Below are positions 1-10,790 of a DNA stretch of 64,000 nucleotides, piece by piece; position 1 is the first letter of the stretch, and the number at the start of each line of letters is the position of its first letter. The DNA lies in contig CDRNVI010000012.1 of assembly GCA_977017575.1 (NCBI GenBank), positions 372,001 to 436,000 on the forward strand. Direction: 5' to 3'. A program made the position numbers and the translations under genes. The notes beneath the pieces were generated by a model. It saw only the letters and a list, made by a program, of their open reading frames with translations. It had not been told where the DNA came from and searched no databases. The stretch comes from Paramoeba atlantica (lineage: Eukaryota > Protista > Discosea).

Positions 1-218
1 TTCCATTTCGTTTGCCACATCCTCCTTAAGAGGTCTTCCACTTCGAGACCCTGTGGGTGTTTGTCGATATAGTACTGCCGAGGTTTGGCGTGGTACCAAG
101 CTGCAATGCTGGAGAGTCGTGGCGCTCGTATTCCATCGTAAGAGAAACAAAACCAAGCTGTGTGATTCTCACAGATTGCACGCTCGATGAACGAACAAGC
201 GCTGGACGCAGCTAACAT
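1..218 (-). CDS. Partial hypothetical protein (N-terminus only; runs off the window start)
   Basis: ATG at 218-216, frame open to position 3 (MLAASSACSFIERAICENHTAW...), same strand as all neighbouring genes. Confidence 0.45.
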   Translation of the reverse strand, partial: MLAASSACSFIERAICENHTAWFCFSYDGIRAPRLSSIAAWYHAKPRQYYIDKHPQGLEVEDLLRRMWQTKW

Positions 219-478
219 TTATAGAAACACATGAAACTAAGAATACGCATTTAAAACAAGTATTGTGACAATCGTCAGAACAAGTCTTTGAGAGCTACTG
301 CTAAATAACTGAAAGATAGTGGATATCACCCTCGTACCATGTTTTCTTCTGTTTAGATAGACCTCACACCTTACACTTGTATTGTAATACAATAGCATAC
401 CTTTAACATACCTTAGATAGACCTTACACTTTTTTGTATTACAGTAGCATACCATTATAGCGAGTGCATCTCTTTGTT

Positions 479-1840
479 TCAGCTTCTTGAGGAGACGTGA
501 CCAAGCGCGATGGATTCAATAACATTGGTATAAGCGGGCCCAACTCTTTCCCATGTATATTTCATTGCGAATTGTTTGGCTTCGTACCCTAATGTTTCAC
601 ATTTGGAAGTGTTCAGTAACGCCGCTCTTAGCATTTCTTTCAGCCGTTTCTCCGTTTTGTAAAAGAAATCCCCTTGTCGAGCTAAGGGAATGTGCTCAGG
701 GTATACCAGACGTTTAGGAAGGATTGGCATCACACCATGAGACATGGCTTCCAAGACACTGAGTCCGAAGAAATCTTGGTTTGAAGTAACTGGAAGTATG
801 TGGCATTTCTTGACAAGCTCGACGTACTGATCTCTTTCTGCGAATCCCCAGTGCTTGATACAATCCGAAAAGTCTTTCCGTGCGGTGCTAAAGACAGAAA
901 CAGGCCCAGATGAGGAGCTCTCGCCCAATACCACAAGATAAAAGCGATATCCCTCATTTTTCAATTCCTTGAGCACCCTGAAGAATCCCTCTGGATTCTT
1001 GTCGTATTCCCAGCGATGGTTCCATAGTACGATTGGCGCGAATGAATCAGGTGGAGATGGAGCTATACGCTTACCCTTCACCCTGCGATTCAGTAATGGT
1101 TTCCGAAACGCTGCAAGCTGGGAACATCTTTGCCGCAGCGTTCTCCAGTATTTCACCAATAGGAATTTGAAACTCAAAGAAGAATCTACGCAAGTAAATT
1201 CAAGGTTTTCGATTGCTGGTACGCATGGGTTATTTATACCAATGTAGGCTACGGTACATTTCGCTTCCAAGCCCTCGATATATTTTAGGTTAGTTTCCCC
1301 GTCTGGTTGAGAGCGCAAGTACTTTTGCGCTGCGTCCAAGAACGACTTTTTGTGATAATTGGAGTTGAATAGACAGAGAGAGGCCGCGAGCGCTGATCGA
1401 ATCTGTATCATGGAAAAGCGATTTGATGTTCCTGCCAAAACGTCTCGATCGTTCGGTTCCCATGGATATGTCAACTGGTTTTCATGACAATAAAGTACGA
1501 TGCGATCAAATTTCGTTAGAGCCATAAAGGTGGGTACGTCAATCATGTTTGAGATAAGCACGACGTCGGGCGCGCTGTCATTGTGTCTTGAGTCAACGCG
1601 ATTGAACCTCGCGTTGAACTCCTGTGCAAGTCGGACGGCGCCAAATTCCATGCGCCATTTCCAATGCTGTCCAGGAAGAGTCAGCATTGAAACGAAATAT
1701 GACGGTTTCGCAATATCCTCTGCACCACAGACCAGCGACTCCAAATATTGGCGTAAAGCTTTCGCCCATGTCGCATGACTCCCACAAAAATAAGGCTCAA
1801 TGATTACTACATGTACAGCGTTTTTCAGCTCTTGTGTCAT
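479..1840 (-). CDS. GTDC1: GT-B glycosyltransferase with DUF3524, GTDC1/QTMAN (tRNA-queuosine mannosyltransferase)-like
   Basis: Motifs IEPYFCGSH, LPGQHWKWRM, YCHENQLTYP, FNSNYH, LWNHRWEYDKNPEGFF, DFFGLSVLEAM..G..PILP. Confidence 0.85.
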   Translation of the reverse strand: MTQELKNAVHVVIIEPYFCGSHATWAKALRQYLESLVCGAEDIAKPSYFVSMLTLPGQHWKWRMEFGAVRLAQEFNARFNRVDSRHNDSAPDVVLISNMIDVPTFMALTKFDRIVLYCHENQLTYPWEPNDRDVLAGTSNRFSMIQIRSALAASLCLFNSNYHKKSFLDAAQKYLRSQPDGETNLKYIEGLEAKCTVAYIGINNPCVPAIENLEFTCVDSSLSFKFLLVKYWRTLRQRCSQLAAFRKPLLNRRVKGKRIAPSPPDSFAPIVLWNHRWEYDKNPEGFFRVLKELKNEGYRFYLVVLGESSSSGPVSVFSTARKDFSDCIKHWGFAERDQYVELVKKCHILPVTSNQDFFGLSVLEAMSHGVMPILPKRLVYPEHIPLARQGDFFYKTEKRLKEMLRAALLNTSKCETLGYEAKQFAMKYTWERVGPAYTNVIESIALGHVSSRS

Positions 1841-1955
1841 TAAAAATAATGGAAGCTAAATCTTGAGTCACATACTTTGTGCCAGCGATGGAGCATACGG
1901 TTCTGGATTAAGAGAATTCAACACTTACATGTGAAAAAATAAAAGGCTATGGTGC

Positions 1956-3563
1956 TTATGGCTTTTGGTAGCACAGCATATACCTCGCCTTTTGCTGCCC
2001 GTTGCTCCAAAATTTGTCAAAAAAACTACATCCATAAGATTCGGGCAAAGGACGTCCCCATAAAAAGTAATTCGAACAGGGTATCCAAAGATGACTCAGT
2101 TCTTTTTTCATCCTTGAAGCCACATCGAATGCCAGCTTTCCATCATCAGTTACAAACGTGAATCGTCCTCCCGGCTGTAGAATACGATGTAATGTTCGAA
2201 GGAATGTGTTATTGTATAAGTACGTTTCGGCTTCTCCAAGTGATGGGGGTTCTGGAAAATTAACGTAAATACTGGAAAAGTAGTCAGAGGAACAAAATGA
2301 CAAAGACTCTCGCGCATCACCCCCGACCAGGGACAAATGGCATGCAGGTATGCGTGCAAACGTTCTCTTGGCCCATATGTGAAACAGTCTGTCAAAGCGC
2401 AACTCCAAACATGCCCAAGACTGATAGGAGGAAGGTAGAAAAGGTTCGGTGTGGGAGTTGTGTGCTGTACCGAGCCTTGAGGAAAGGTGTTGAATAATCC
2501 AATCTCCGGTGCCGCTACCGATTTCAAGTGCTCGTCCAGATCCAATGGCGTCCCAAGAGGAGGTGTCCCGAATTCCGTGCGCATATACAGAAGGATCGCG
2601 CACAAAAGAAACCTGCGTACTGTCGCAATGATTCATGCCATAAGACCTTGCTTTCAAAATCAAATGCTCCCACGGCCCTAACATGTAATCATGAAACTCA
2701 TTCTTTAGATTCGATCCTTTACTGTTCTTATCACTGCTCGACGACCTGTAGTTCTCAAAGGCGGTGGCCATTGCGTTTACCAGCTTAGATTCACCTCTTA
2801 TTGCAGCTGTGACACATACAGCAGCGTAACAGATCGGTGTGCCATGGGAGCGATATGTTTCGATTAAGTGCAGCGCTTCCTTGGTATGAAAACGATGACA
2901 TAATATTTGTGTAAAACTTTCCACTATGTTAGAAGTAATAACCATACCGTCTTCATTAGGTGACGGACAACTCTTGTTTTCACCTTGATTAGCGTTACGT
3001 TTCTGTATGGCTTCCGCAAAAATAAATCTCGCCAGCTGCAAATGACCTGTGTGTAGACATAACCTCAAAATAGTTTGCCATGTTCTGATATTTGGGGTAA
3101 TGTGAGATTGCTTCATTTCTTCATACAGATCCGCAACAAGTCGAAGATTACCATTTTCAGACGCCGCTCGGATTGCTGCTGTATAGGCTACAACGTTAAA
3201 ACGGAGTCTCTTGCCCTGTACCTGTCCTCGCAAGGCATCAAAGTACTTGAGCGCCTCGTCGTTCCTCCCCATGTGAAGGGCGACACTCATTGCTGCAACG
3301 AACGTATGCACCGTGGGTTGTATCTGTCGTTCCTTAACAATAACAAATATTTCCTCTAATACGGACGGAGGTACGCAATTTAGATGGCTCCATCGTCGTA
3401 AAAGAGTATTGACACCAAAGCTGTCCGTCCCTGCACGCGCTTTGCGAACACGCGCTATATCCCTCGAAAATAACTTTCGCTCATGTGTAGATTGCCTTTC
3501 GTGGGAGCGTAGTGTTCGGTCACCTGCAATCAATTGCTCTAGCGATGGGATAAAGTTTTCCAT
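1956..3563 (-). CDS. PPR-repeat protein fused to a C-terminal TrmB-type tRNA (guanine-N7) methyltransferase (PPR-TGM architecture)
   Basis: PPR motifs (VHTFVAAMSVAL, VVAYTAAIRAASENGNLRLVADLYEEMKQSHITPNIRTWQTILRLC); SAM motif LEIGSGTG, ELRFDR, GDAR, VNFPEPP, LQPGGRFTFVTDD. First ATG 3563 (track start 3650 is TTG). Confidence 0.8.
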   Translation of the reverse strand: MENFIPSLEQLIAGDRTLRSHERQSTHERKLFSRDIARVRKARAGTDSFGVNTLLRRWSHLNCVPPSVLEEIFVIVKERQIQPTVHTFVAAMSVALHMGRNDEALKYFDALRGQVQGKRLRFNVVAYTAAIRAASENGNLRLVADLYEEMKQSHITPNIRTWQTILRLCLHTGHLQLARFIFAEAIQKRNANQGENKSCPSPNEDGMVITSNIVESFTQILCHRFHTKEALHLIETYRSHGTPICYAAVCVTAAIRGESKLVNAMATAFENYRSSSSDKNSKGSNLKNEFHDYMLGPWEHLILKARSYGMNHCDSTQVSFVRDPSVYAHGIRDTSSWDAIGSGRALEIGSGTGDWIIQHLSSRLGTAHNSHTEPFLPSSYQSWACLELRFDRLFHIWAKRTFARIPACHLSLVGGDARESLSFCSSDYFSSIYVNFPEPPSLGEAETYLYNNTFLRTLHRILQPGGRFTFVTDDGKLAFDVASRMKKELSHLWIPCSNYFLWGRPLPESYGCSFFDKFWSNGQQKARYMLCYQKP

Positions 3564-3850
3564 TATCAAACACTTAATGCGTCCCGTAGTTCTTTTTCTG
3601 AATAATGAGTAAGTTAGTGCTATAAAATAAATGTATAAATGGCGAATCAATCTTGTGAAGATATAGTAATTTAACGTTCTAGGAAAGAAACTATGTATGG
3701 CCAGTATGATTGTGAAAGTAAAACATTGCTACACAAAGTTGAGAGCTTATCAATAAACTATAGCACTTCTGCATAAAGCAATACGTTTAAAAAACGTGGT
3801 AGGCGAACTATTGTTTCTGAATCTCAGACTCGCGAAATTATGGATGATAT

Positions 3851-3921
3851 TAAGAGGGGTGACTCTGGGGGGAGCGCCTGGAAGCGCCAAGGACCTTTGT
3901 GGATAGGAGTCACCCCTCTAA
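3851..3921. repeat. Miniature inverted-repeat element (13-bp perfect arms)
   Basis: AGAGGGGTGACTC (3853-3865) and GAGTCACCCCTCT (3907-3919); TA on left, AA on right. Confidence 0.5.
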
Positions 3922-4352
3922 GATCCACACTGCATCCAACAAATCGATTGATGCAGATTCCGTAGCGTAGGTCGCACGCGGCATAATTTCTCGTACGCGT
4001 TCAGAAATTCTTGTGCAACATGGAGGTCCGTATGTATTTTGTAATTCTTGGGCACGATAAATTTTGCACGACAATGCATTCGCAGTGTGAACTGCTACCT
4101 TAAACATTTTGCTTCAGTTAGTTTTAAACATTGACGAATTTTTCTGCAGAATGGATTGCGACTATAAATATGGATAATTGCGAGTATAAATATAGATATT
4201 GCGAAAATTGTGACTGGACCCGGGATCGACCTGTGAAGGGGAAACCGATACAATTATCCGGATGACATCAGGGTTTCAGGTGCACAATCCTTGTATCAAC
4301 GGATGGTCGGTTTCATCGAGATAATCTTCTTTGGAAGGGGTCTACGAGTGCA

Positions 4353-5000
4353 GTGCATGCTAAAGGATCAGATAAAACTATTGACGAACGCATAACACAA
4401 AATCATCGGGCAGGTTCCCACTTTCAAGATGCAGAAACCTTTAAAAAATGGATAGAACTGTTTTGGCAACCACTTCTTCCGGGACAACGGCAGACATCGA
4501 TAAAACAAATGCTCATGGTTCTCTACGGTATTCGATTTGGAAATGAGCCTACAGAGGTGGCCAAGGAGTTTGGTTTAAGCGTCCGCACAGTTACTCTTTT
4601 TTCAAAGGGTTCTCAAAGTCATGCTTTCAGTTGCATACGAAACTGCTTTCGACGAAAGTCATGCTTTCAGTTGCTTTGACGAAAGCCATGCTTTCATATG
4701 ATGAAAGCTGAATGTATGAATTACGTCGTGATGCCGCGAGCGGAACATTATCCTACATTGCAGAAAGATGAAACTTGCTCTTCAAAGTCTAAACGGAGAG
4801 GCAACAATCGTCCTCAGCGAATACGCAGGGAGGGATCACAGTGGGCTAGCGTTGTGGCGATCACAAACGCATATCAAAAGGCCAAAGAAGTCTTCGTCAG
4901 TCGTTTAGAAAGCCGCCAGTCGGATACGATAGGTTTTGCACATTTCGATAATGTTTCATTTTTTACATGGAACGGACCATGATCTGACGTGGATAAAAGA
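4353..5000 (+). pseudogene. Degenerate Merlin/IS1595 (ISXO2)-like DDE transposase fragments
   Basis: HTH-like LYGIRFGNEPTEVAKEFGLSVRTV, then TLQKDET..SKRRGNNR..RIRREGSQW..VSRLESRQSDTI resembling Merlin VEIDES-KRKYNRGR-QW-NRSAETL; broken by stops and a short tandem repeat at about 4615-4697. Confidence 0.55.
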
Positions 5001-5691
5001 CGCTGTTCAGATTGTCTGTTGCAGTGAATCGTTTGCTTGCGGCAGAACTCCAATATGATTTTGACCGTTCGATCAATTTCCATTTACATATTGAGTGTAA
5101 TTGTAATTGGCCTGCAAAAGCCAAATGGGTGTAAACAACAACATACTTCCCCATTATGCACTCACATCAGGAGTGGTAAATTTATTTTCCATAATTCTAG
5201 TCTAGAAGGTGTGGAGGGGGTTGATGATGATTGTGTATCATCCCTTCCCGTAGTCTACTCCTTCCTCGGAGTACCACCAAACGCATGCATAGATAACATG
5301 TACAGATCACTTGGAATATAGACCACTTGGAAATACGTATAAGAAACGCAACTAAACGCAATGAGGTGACAAATAAAAAGGAACTTAAAATATAAAAAAA
5401 TCTGACGACGCTTCGCGCCGCAGGCAGCCAGAGGCTTCGTCAAAAAGGACTCTTTAACCCCCTATAAGTAGGGGGGTGCCCCTCAGACTCTTAAGTGGGG
5501 GGTACAGTAAATCCTCCACCCGCTTTTTCGTACAAGCGGGCCTAGGGGGGTACGCGCAAAGTCTTTGTGTGGAAATCTTGTTTTAAAGGCGAATTTTCCT
5601 TTACTTTAACCGCAAATTGCAACAAAATCAGCTCAAACGGACACTTGGTTGAAAAGTTAGGGTGGTGACTTTTCGTTGGGGGGATTATTAA

Positions 5692-7443
5692 TCAAGACCC
5701 GGCAATCGACGAAAAGAAGTCAAGAACTTTTGGGTGTGCTCTCACGGCTGTGGAATCAAACTGAGTAATTGATAATCCGTGCAGTGAGACACAACGGGAA
5801 AGAGCAACATAGGCTTGTCCATACTCAAAGACACTCCTATCGATCGACACTTCCAATCGATCTATAGACATTCCCTGACTTTTATGTATACTTAATGCCC
5901 ACGCTAGTCTCAATGGTATTTGTTCACGGTGGGCAACGACTTTAGAAAAGATCAGAACTTCTCGCTTGATGCGCTCAACGCGTACGTCTGCATCCAGCAC
6001 GGCAAACCGCACGACCGGCGACGCGCTCTCGGCCAGTCCTACCACAACACCTCGTGATCCGCTCACCAGGGAGCGGTGAATGTGTGGCAAAGCTGCGAGC
6101 AACACGACCTGCGCCCCCACCTTGAGTGTAATGGTTTCAGGGAGATACGTCTCACGACGAAGCACGGAATGAATGTATTCACTATCCGCGTTGTCCTGCG
6201 CCTCGTAGGTAACACTCTCACCGGTTAGTATCTGAAGGGAAGAGGTGTTGATTGTGTCCACATCGTGGGTCATGGAGCGAAGAGAGGTTGGGTACACACC
6301 GTCCGAGTGGTTCAGCTGCCTACCAATACAGGGGGAAAAGGTATTTGAGGCACGTTCAGTAACAACACCTTTACGCAAATCGGCAAGCGCTTTCACAAGT
6401 GTCTCATCCGATTGTCTGAACACATGTTTTAGTTCGATAACGTGAGGTTTCAGATAACTCCAAGCATCTGACTCAAAACAAAATACTTTGCCATCGTGAT
6501 GCTTTCGTCGTATCACTGGTGGAAGCTGAAAGAAATCTCCTGCAAGTATCATTTGAATACCACCGAAGGGTTTCTCAGGTTGCTTCTTCAGAGTACGCCC
6601 AATTTTATCGAGCAAATCAAAAAACTGACATGAAACCATTGAAATTTCGTCAATGATAAGTTTCTTGCACTTACGCCAGGCATGCGACACATTTGGTCGC
6701 TGTATTATGCGCGGTATCATCTGTTCAAGCGTCAAGTCTTCGGATGAAGCCCCAACACCTGCAAAGCTATGCAAAGTCTGACCACCTATCTCAATTGCGG
6801 CAATGGCAGTGCTTGCTGTTACACAGATGCTTTCAGAGGGATAGCGCGTGACTAAGTGCTGAAGCAAAAATGTTTTCCCCGTACCGGCGCAACCAGTTAG
6901 AAATATGTGCTCACCTTGTCGAAGCCTCTCTAGAGCTTCTTCCTGCTCTTCACTTAAAGGAAAAGTTTGACTGCTGGGTAATTCCATGAACGATCTCGCA
7001 TCTTCCGACGCAACATCTTCCAGTTCAACTCTTCTATCGTGAGCTTCGCGTGTTCTCTTGTTTTCGGATTTCGAAACATTCATAGGAATACTGTGCCAAA
7101 GTGATCGGCTTGCAATCATCTCATAGAGCTTTTCCAAGTCGGGAACAGATTCTGGTGCAGCTTGTATGTGCATGGTGATATGTTTACGTTCTAAATGAGA
7201 AAGAGTGAGCGACATCTTTCCGTCACGCACAGAGTTGCCGAAAACTTTTCGAATGCTCCCAAGTCTAAAAAAAATACCTTGTCCGGTTTTGTGCTTCGAA
7301 TTTTTTACTACAAGACATTGCCCCAAATCTGTCTCGTTGGTCAGGTATGCCTGAGTTCCACCCCATGGACGAATTAGTTCGCCGTTTTCTGATTCTATAA
7401 ATATTTTGCCCACCACCGCATCATCGCAAGCTTTACGAGGCAT
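5692..7443 (-). CDS. PIF1: PIF1-family SF1B 5'-3' DNA helicase
   Basis: GCAGTGKT, IIDEISMV, AGDFFQLPPV, QIPLRLAWALSIHKSQGMS, FEYGQAYVALSR; Pif1-type N-terminal domain. Confidence 0.95.
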   Translation of the reverse strand: MPRKACDDAVVGKIFIESENGELIRPWGGTQAYLTNETDLGQCLVVKNSKHKTGQGIFFRLGSIRKVFGNSVRDGKMSLTLSHLERKHITMHIQAAPESVPDLEKLYEMIASRSLWHSIPMNVSKSENKRTREAHDRRVELEDVASEDARSFMELPSSQTFPLSEEQEEALERLRQGEHIFLTGCAGTGKTFLLQHLVTRYPSESICVTASTAIAAIEIGGQTLHSFAGVGASSEDLTLEQMIPRIIQRPNVSHAWRKCKKLIIDEISMVSCQFFDLLDKIGRTLKKQPEKPFGGIQMILAGDFFQLPPVIRRKHHDGKVFCFESDAWSYLKPHVIELKHVFRQSDETLVKALADLRKGVVTERASNTFSPCIGRQLNHSDGVYPTSLRSMTHDVDTINTSSLQILTGESVTYEAQDNADSEYIHSVLRRETYLPETITLKVGAQVVLLAALPHIHRSLVSGSRGVVVGLAESASPVVRFAVLDADVRVERIKREVLIFSKVVAHREQIPLRLAWALSIHKSQGMSIDRLEVSIDRSVFEYGQAYVALSRCVSLHGLSITQFDSTAVRAHPKVLDFFSSIAGS

Positions 7444-7722
7444 AACGTCAAGAAAAAATAACAGAAGAAGAAGCTTACACGGAATTATGTCCCCTAAAGC
7501 GGATGAACGAAAATTTGCATCCGCTACTTTCGGAGTTGTTCGCTGGGCTGTTGGTGCAAACCCAGAAAGTTATAGAAATGTCGGATTACAAAATATACAA
7601 TGATCAATTTCTCTCAAACTGCATAAAAAAATCCTATAAACAAATCCTGATGCATCCAAGTGGAATACACAACGAAGGCACCAAACCATGCAACGGCTTA
7701 CTCAGTAATAGGGGGTATAGTA

Positions 7723-9375
7723 CTGTCCCCCCTATTTAGTGTTGAGTGAAATTCGGGTCAGATTGAACGAAGTTTGCACACTTTGTAAAAAAAATTCTAA
7801 AAGTGACTAAATATCAACTAATTCCAAAAGAAAATCAAAATGATGCAGAAACGACGATTTCCGCACAAAACAGTGCCACATCCAACAAAACTTGTACCAG
7901 CGGGCTTAACCTCACTTAACCTCGTTTAACGGGAGACGTGTGACAAAGTTCATTTCAAGATACCCAACATCAAATTCATCAACAAAACCCAGCATCAAAT
8001 TCATTCACCATGATTTCACCCGTAAACTGAGAACGTAAAAAAATACGGGCAAAGTTTACAAACTAGGCCCCGTTCCGGTTTAATGTACCTGTAGCTCGTT
8101 ATTGTACCATGGGGGTACAATAAGTGGGAACGATTGGTTTAATTGTACCTCCCCTGTGCAACAGAGGGCGTCGCGCATTAATTTTTTGCCTTTTTACGGA
8201 TTTTAATTTTAAAATTGATTACAATTTTACCATTTTTATCAGCGAAGACAAGAAAATAGAGAAGCCCCGGTGCCGCGAAGCGACGTAATTTTCGTTATTT
8301 TTCGGAAATTTTATTGTACCTGTAGCTACACCTGTACGTTACTTGTACGTACTTGTACCTGTACGTATTGTACCTGTAGCTAGTTATTGTACCGGGGGGA
8401 GACATTAACCCGGACGGATTGGATCTTTTCCCCTTAAAAAAGCGCGCCGCTTCGCGGCGTATTGTTTTCAAAACCCTGATTGTAGTATTTTTTCACTCGG
8501 ATGGGGATACAGCTTTATGAACGCTGTGGGGCATTTGTATAAAGGCCTGTGGGGGGACAGCTTGTAAAGGGGGGTACAGCTATGAAGGCTAGGTCTGGCA
8601 AGCAAAGTATAAAGGAGAAACAAACAAGGAAAGAATGAATACAACCCCGCTCACCAAAAATGGAACCAACGTTTATGGAGGGACGAGTCTTGCATTTTGT
8701 TGATCGCAAGTATCACCCTGTATGATTAAAGCAAATTAAATGAGACAATGACGTCGTATACGTCATCATCCCTCGCAGATGTCACCTTCATTATGAAGAA
8801 CGTATGAAGAACGTACGTATGAAGGCTTCATACGTGAAGTGAAATCTTCGTTGCTCTCAACAGGGCTCATCATATAAAAAGGAGGATATTGTAAAAAAAA
8901 TATGCATTATTGTGGAGGGTATATTAATTGTACATTTGATTTGTGTAATGCATACACCGTTCGTATACAGCACCGTATACAGCGTACACCGTATTTTCAC
9001 AGTAAGGCGGCTACAAACGTACTGTATGTACACAAACTGTAACGACTCCAAACTGTATGTACGGTAGCAAACTAAAAAAAGGCGACTACAAACTGTATGT
9101 ACGGTAACAAACTAAAAAAAACTACACTTTAAGCTACTTTGTACGTGTACAATCCATTTTTTTGGGCTAAAATAGACCTCGTTCGACCTCAAATGCAAAG
9201 CGCGGGTTCGGTGCGGGTTCGGTGATGCACACCCGCAGTCCCTCTAAAGTAGAAATCGGTAAACAATCACAAATAACAAGCAAAGATAAGCTTCGTGGGG
9301 CCTGTACGCACCGAACCCAAAATTAAACACCAAATAGGAGGGGTTCAGCACTCAATAGTAAATAGGGGGGGGCAG
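7723..9375. mobile_element. Non-autonomous TA-flanked TIR element (Tc1/mariner type) with internal short repeats
   Basis: TA|CTGTCCCCCCTATTTAGTGTTGAGTG versus CACTCAATAGTAAATAGGGGGGGGCAG|TA; internal TTGTACCTGTAGCT repeats and a tandem of about 40 bp near 9050-9120. Confidence 0.65.
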
Positions 9376-9405
9376 TAATAAGAATTCTGAGTCCTAAAAT
9401 GATTA

Positions 9406-10375
9406 CTCCCCCTGTCACTAATAATGATAACCTTAAAAATTATCATTCTATGTGGTGAAAACTCTTAAAAAACTATCAACTTATTTTCATGCACGCAGGA
9501 TGTTTTTACAAAAATTTTTATGTCTTAAAAAAACGTTTTTTGAACTACAAAATTATCAACCTATTTTCATGTTTTAGACCGTATTTTCGTATTTATTTTT
9601 CCATGACTTCTCGATCACTGAAAAAGAAGCGCCCATTAGATGAATTGGGCTCCATTGAAAAATTTACAAACTTTGGTGGACGACCATCTTCTAAGAGGTA
9701 TAATAATCTCTCTAAAATAGTCTCAAAAAAATTATCATTCTTGAGGATTATCATTATCAGTATTAATGGACACTATGCAGTTGTCCACTGCCATCCAGTG
9801 CCATGCGCTGCCATCCAGTGCCATCCAAAACAGAGATATGAGCGAGTATCGAAGGCTTTTTTTGTGTTTTGGAGGACCCAAGAACCTTCCATTTCCGCCG
9901 GATGTTGTAGGACAAGTGATGGCCATGATATGAAAAAGGGGCTAATGTCGGATTCAATTGTACTCATTTTTCAAAAACACGTCTTTTTCTTTCCTTTTGC
10001 AAAATAAGATATTTTCTCGGTCTCTTCTTGTGCGTGCTCTGTCATGCACATGTGCGGACCTGAGTTGAATTTTAAAGTGAAAGCATGATGGGGACACACC
10101 AACAATTTTGAAGATTTTTTGCGTTGTGACCGAAGAGAAATGTCCTCACGATCACGAGGGTGGGAAAGTTCGTGACTCTGTTTTTAGTATTTGTTGGAGA
10201 CGATGTAAGCACGTAAGTTTTAGAAAACAGTTGTCTCGATTACTTCCTTACTTTTATTCAGATGTGCGCCAACCGTCCCACAAATTTTAGTTTTGGGTAC
10301 TTGTAGTACACAAGTACATAAAAATGAGTCATCCAGTGCCATCCAAATCTTCATAGTGTCCAATGACAGGGGGAG
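9406..10375. mobile_element. Stowaway-like MITE
   Basis: TA|CTCCCCCTGTCA ... TGACAGGGGGAG|TG; repeated CATCCAGTGCCATCCA motif inside. Confidence 0.55.
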
Positions 10376-10790
10376 TGTTTCCTAATAAATATAAGTCCCA
10401 AAAACGTGAAATACTTCTTTTCTCAAAATCTCATCGCAGCCTCGTACAGATCATTTGTCACAAATTTGAAGAACAAACGTTCAACTTGAATCAAGACTAC
10501 GGTCAAATTAAATCAAGAAAGTCTTGAATCAAGACTAAGCTTGCGTTTTAGGCGACCGTTAAAAATCAAGAGATCAACCCGGTGCGTGCAGGAGAGAAAT
10601 AACACCAGCGGCTGTAGTACAGTAAGATACTGACTCTAAAACACATGATCTATTTATTGGTGAAAAGAGGTCTTATTCCCCTGAAAAAAACCTGATTTTT
10701 TCTTGCCAGTTTCGAATAAAAAATTTCAGTATTTCAGCAAAAAATTTCAGTATCTAAGCCAGCGTTCAAACATCATGGCTCTGCTGCTTA

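Noticed and set aside
4205-4245. Second tRNA-like element
   Set aside because: Only an imperfect box B-like stretch; no box A spacing or cloverleaf
5461-5509. Complete MITE ending GGGGGGTACAG|TA
   Set aside because: No matching left TIR found nearby; only a solo end can be supported
9489-10007. 172-aa ORF inside a MITE as a cargo gene
   Set aside because: Low-complexity AT-rich translation containing tandem motifs; no recognisable domain
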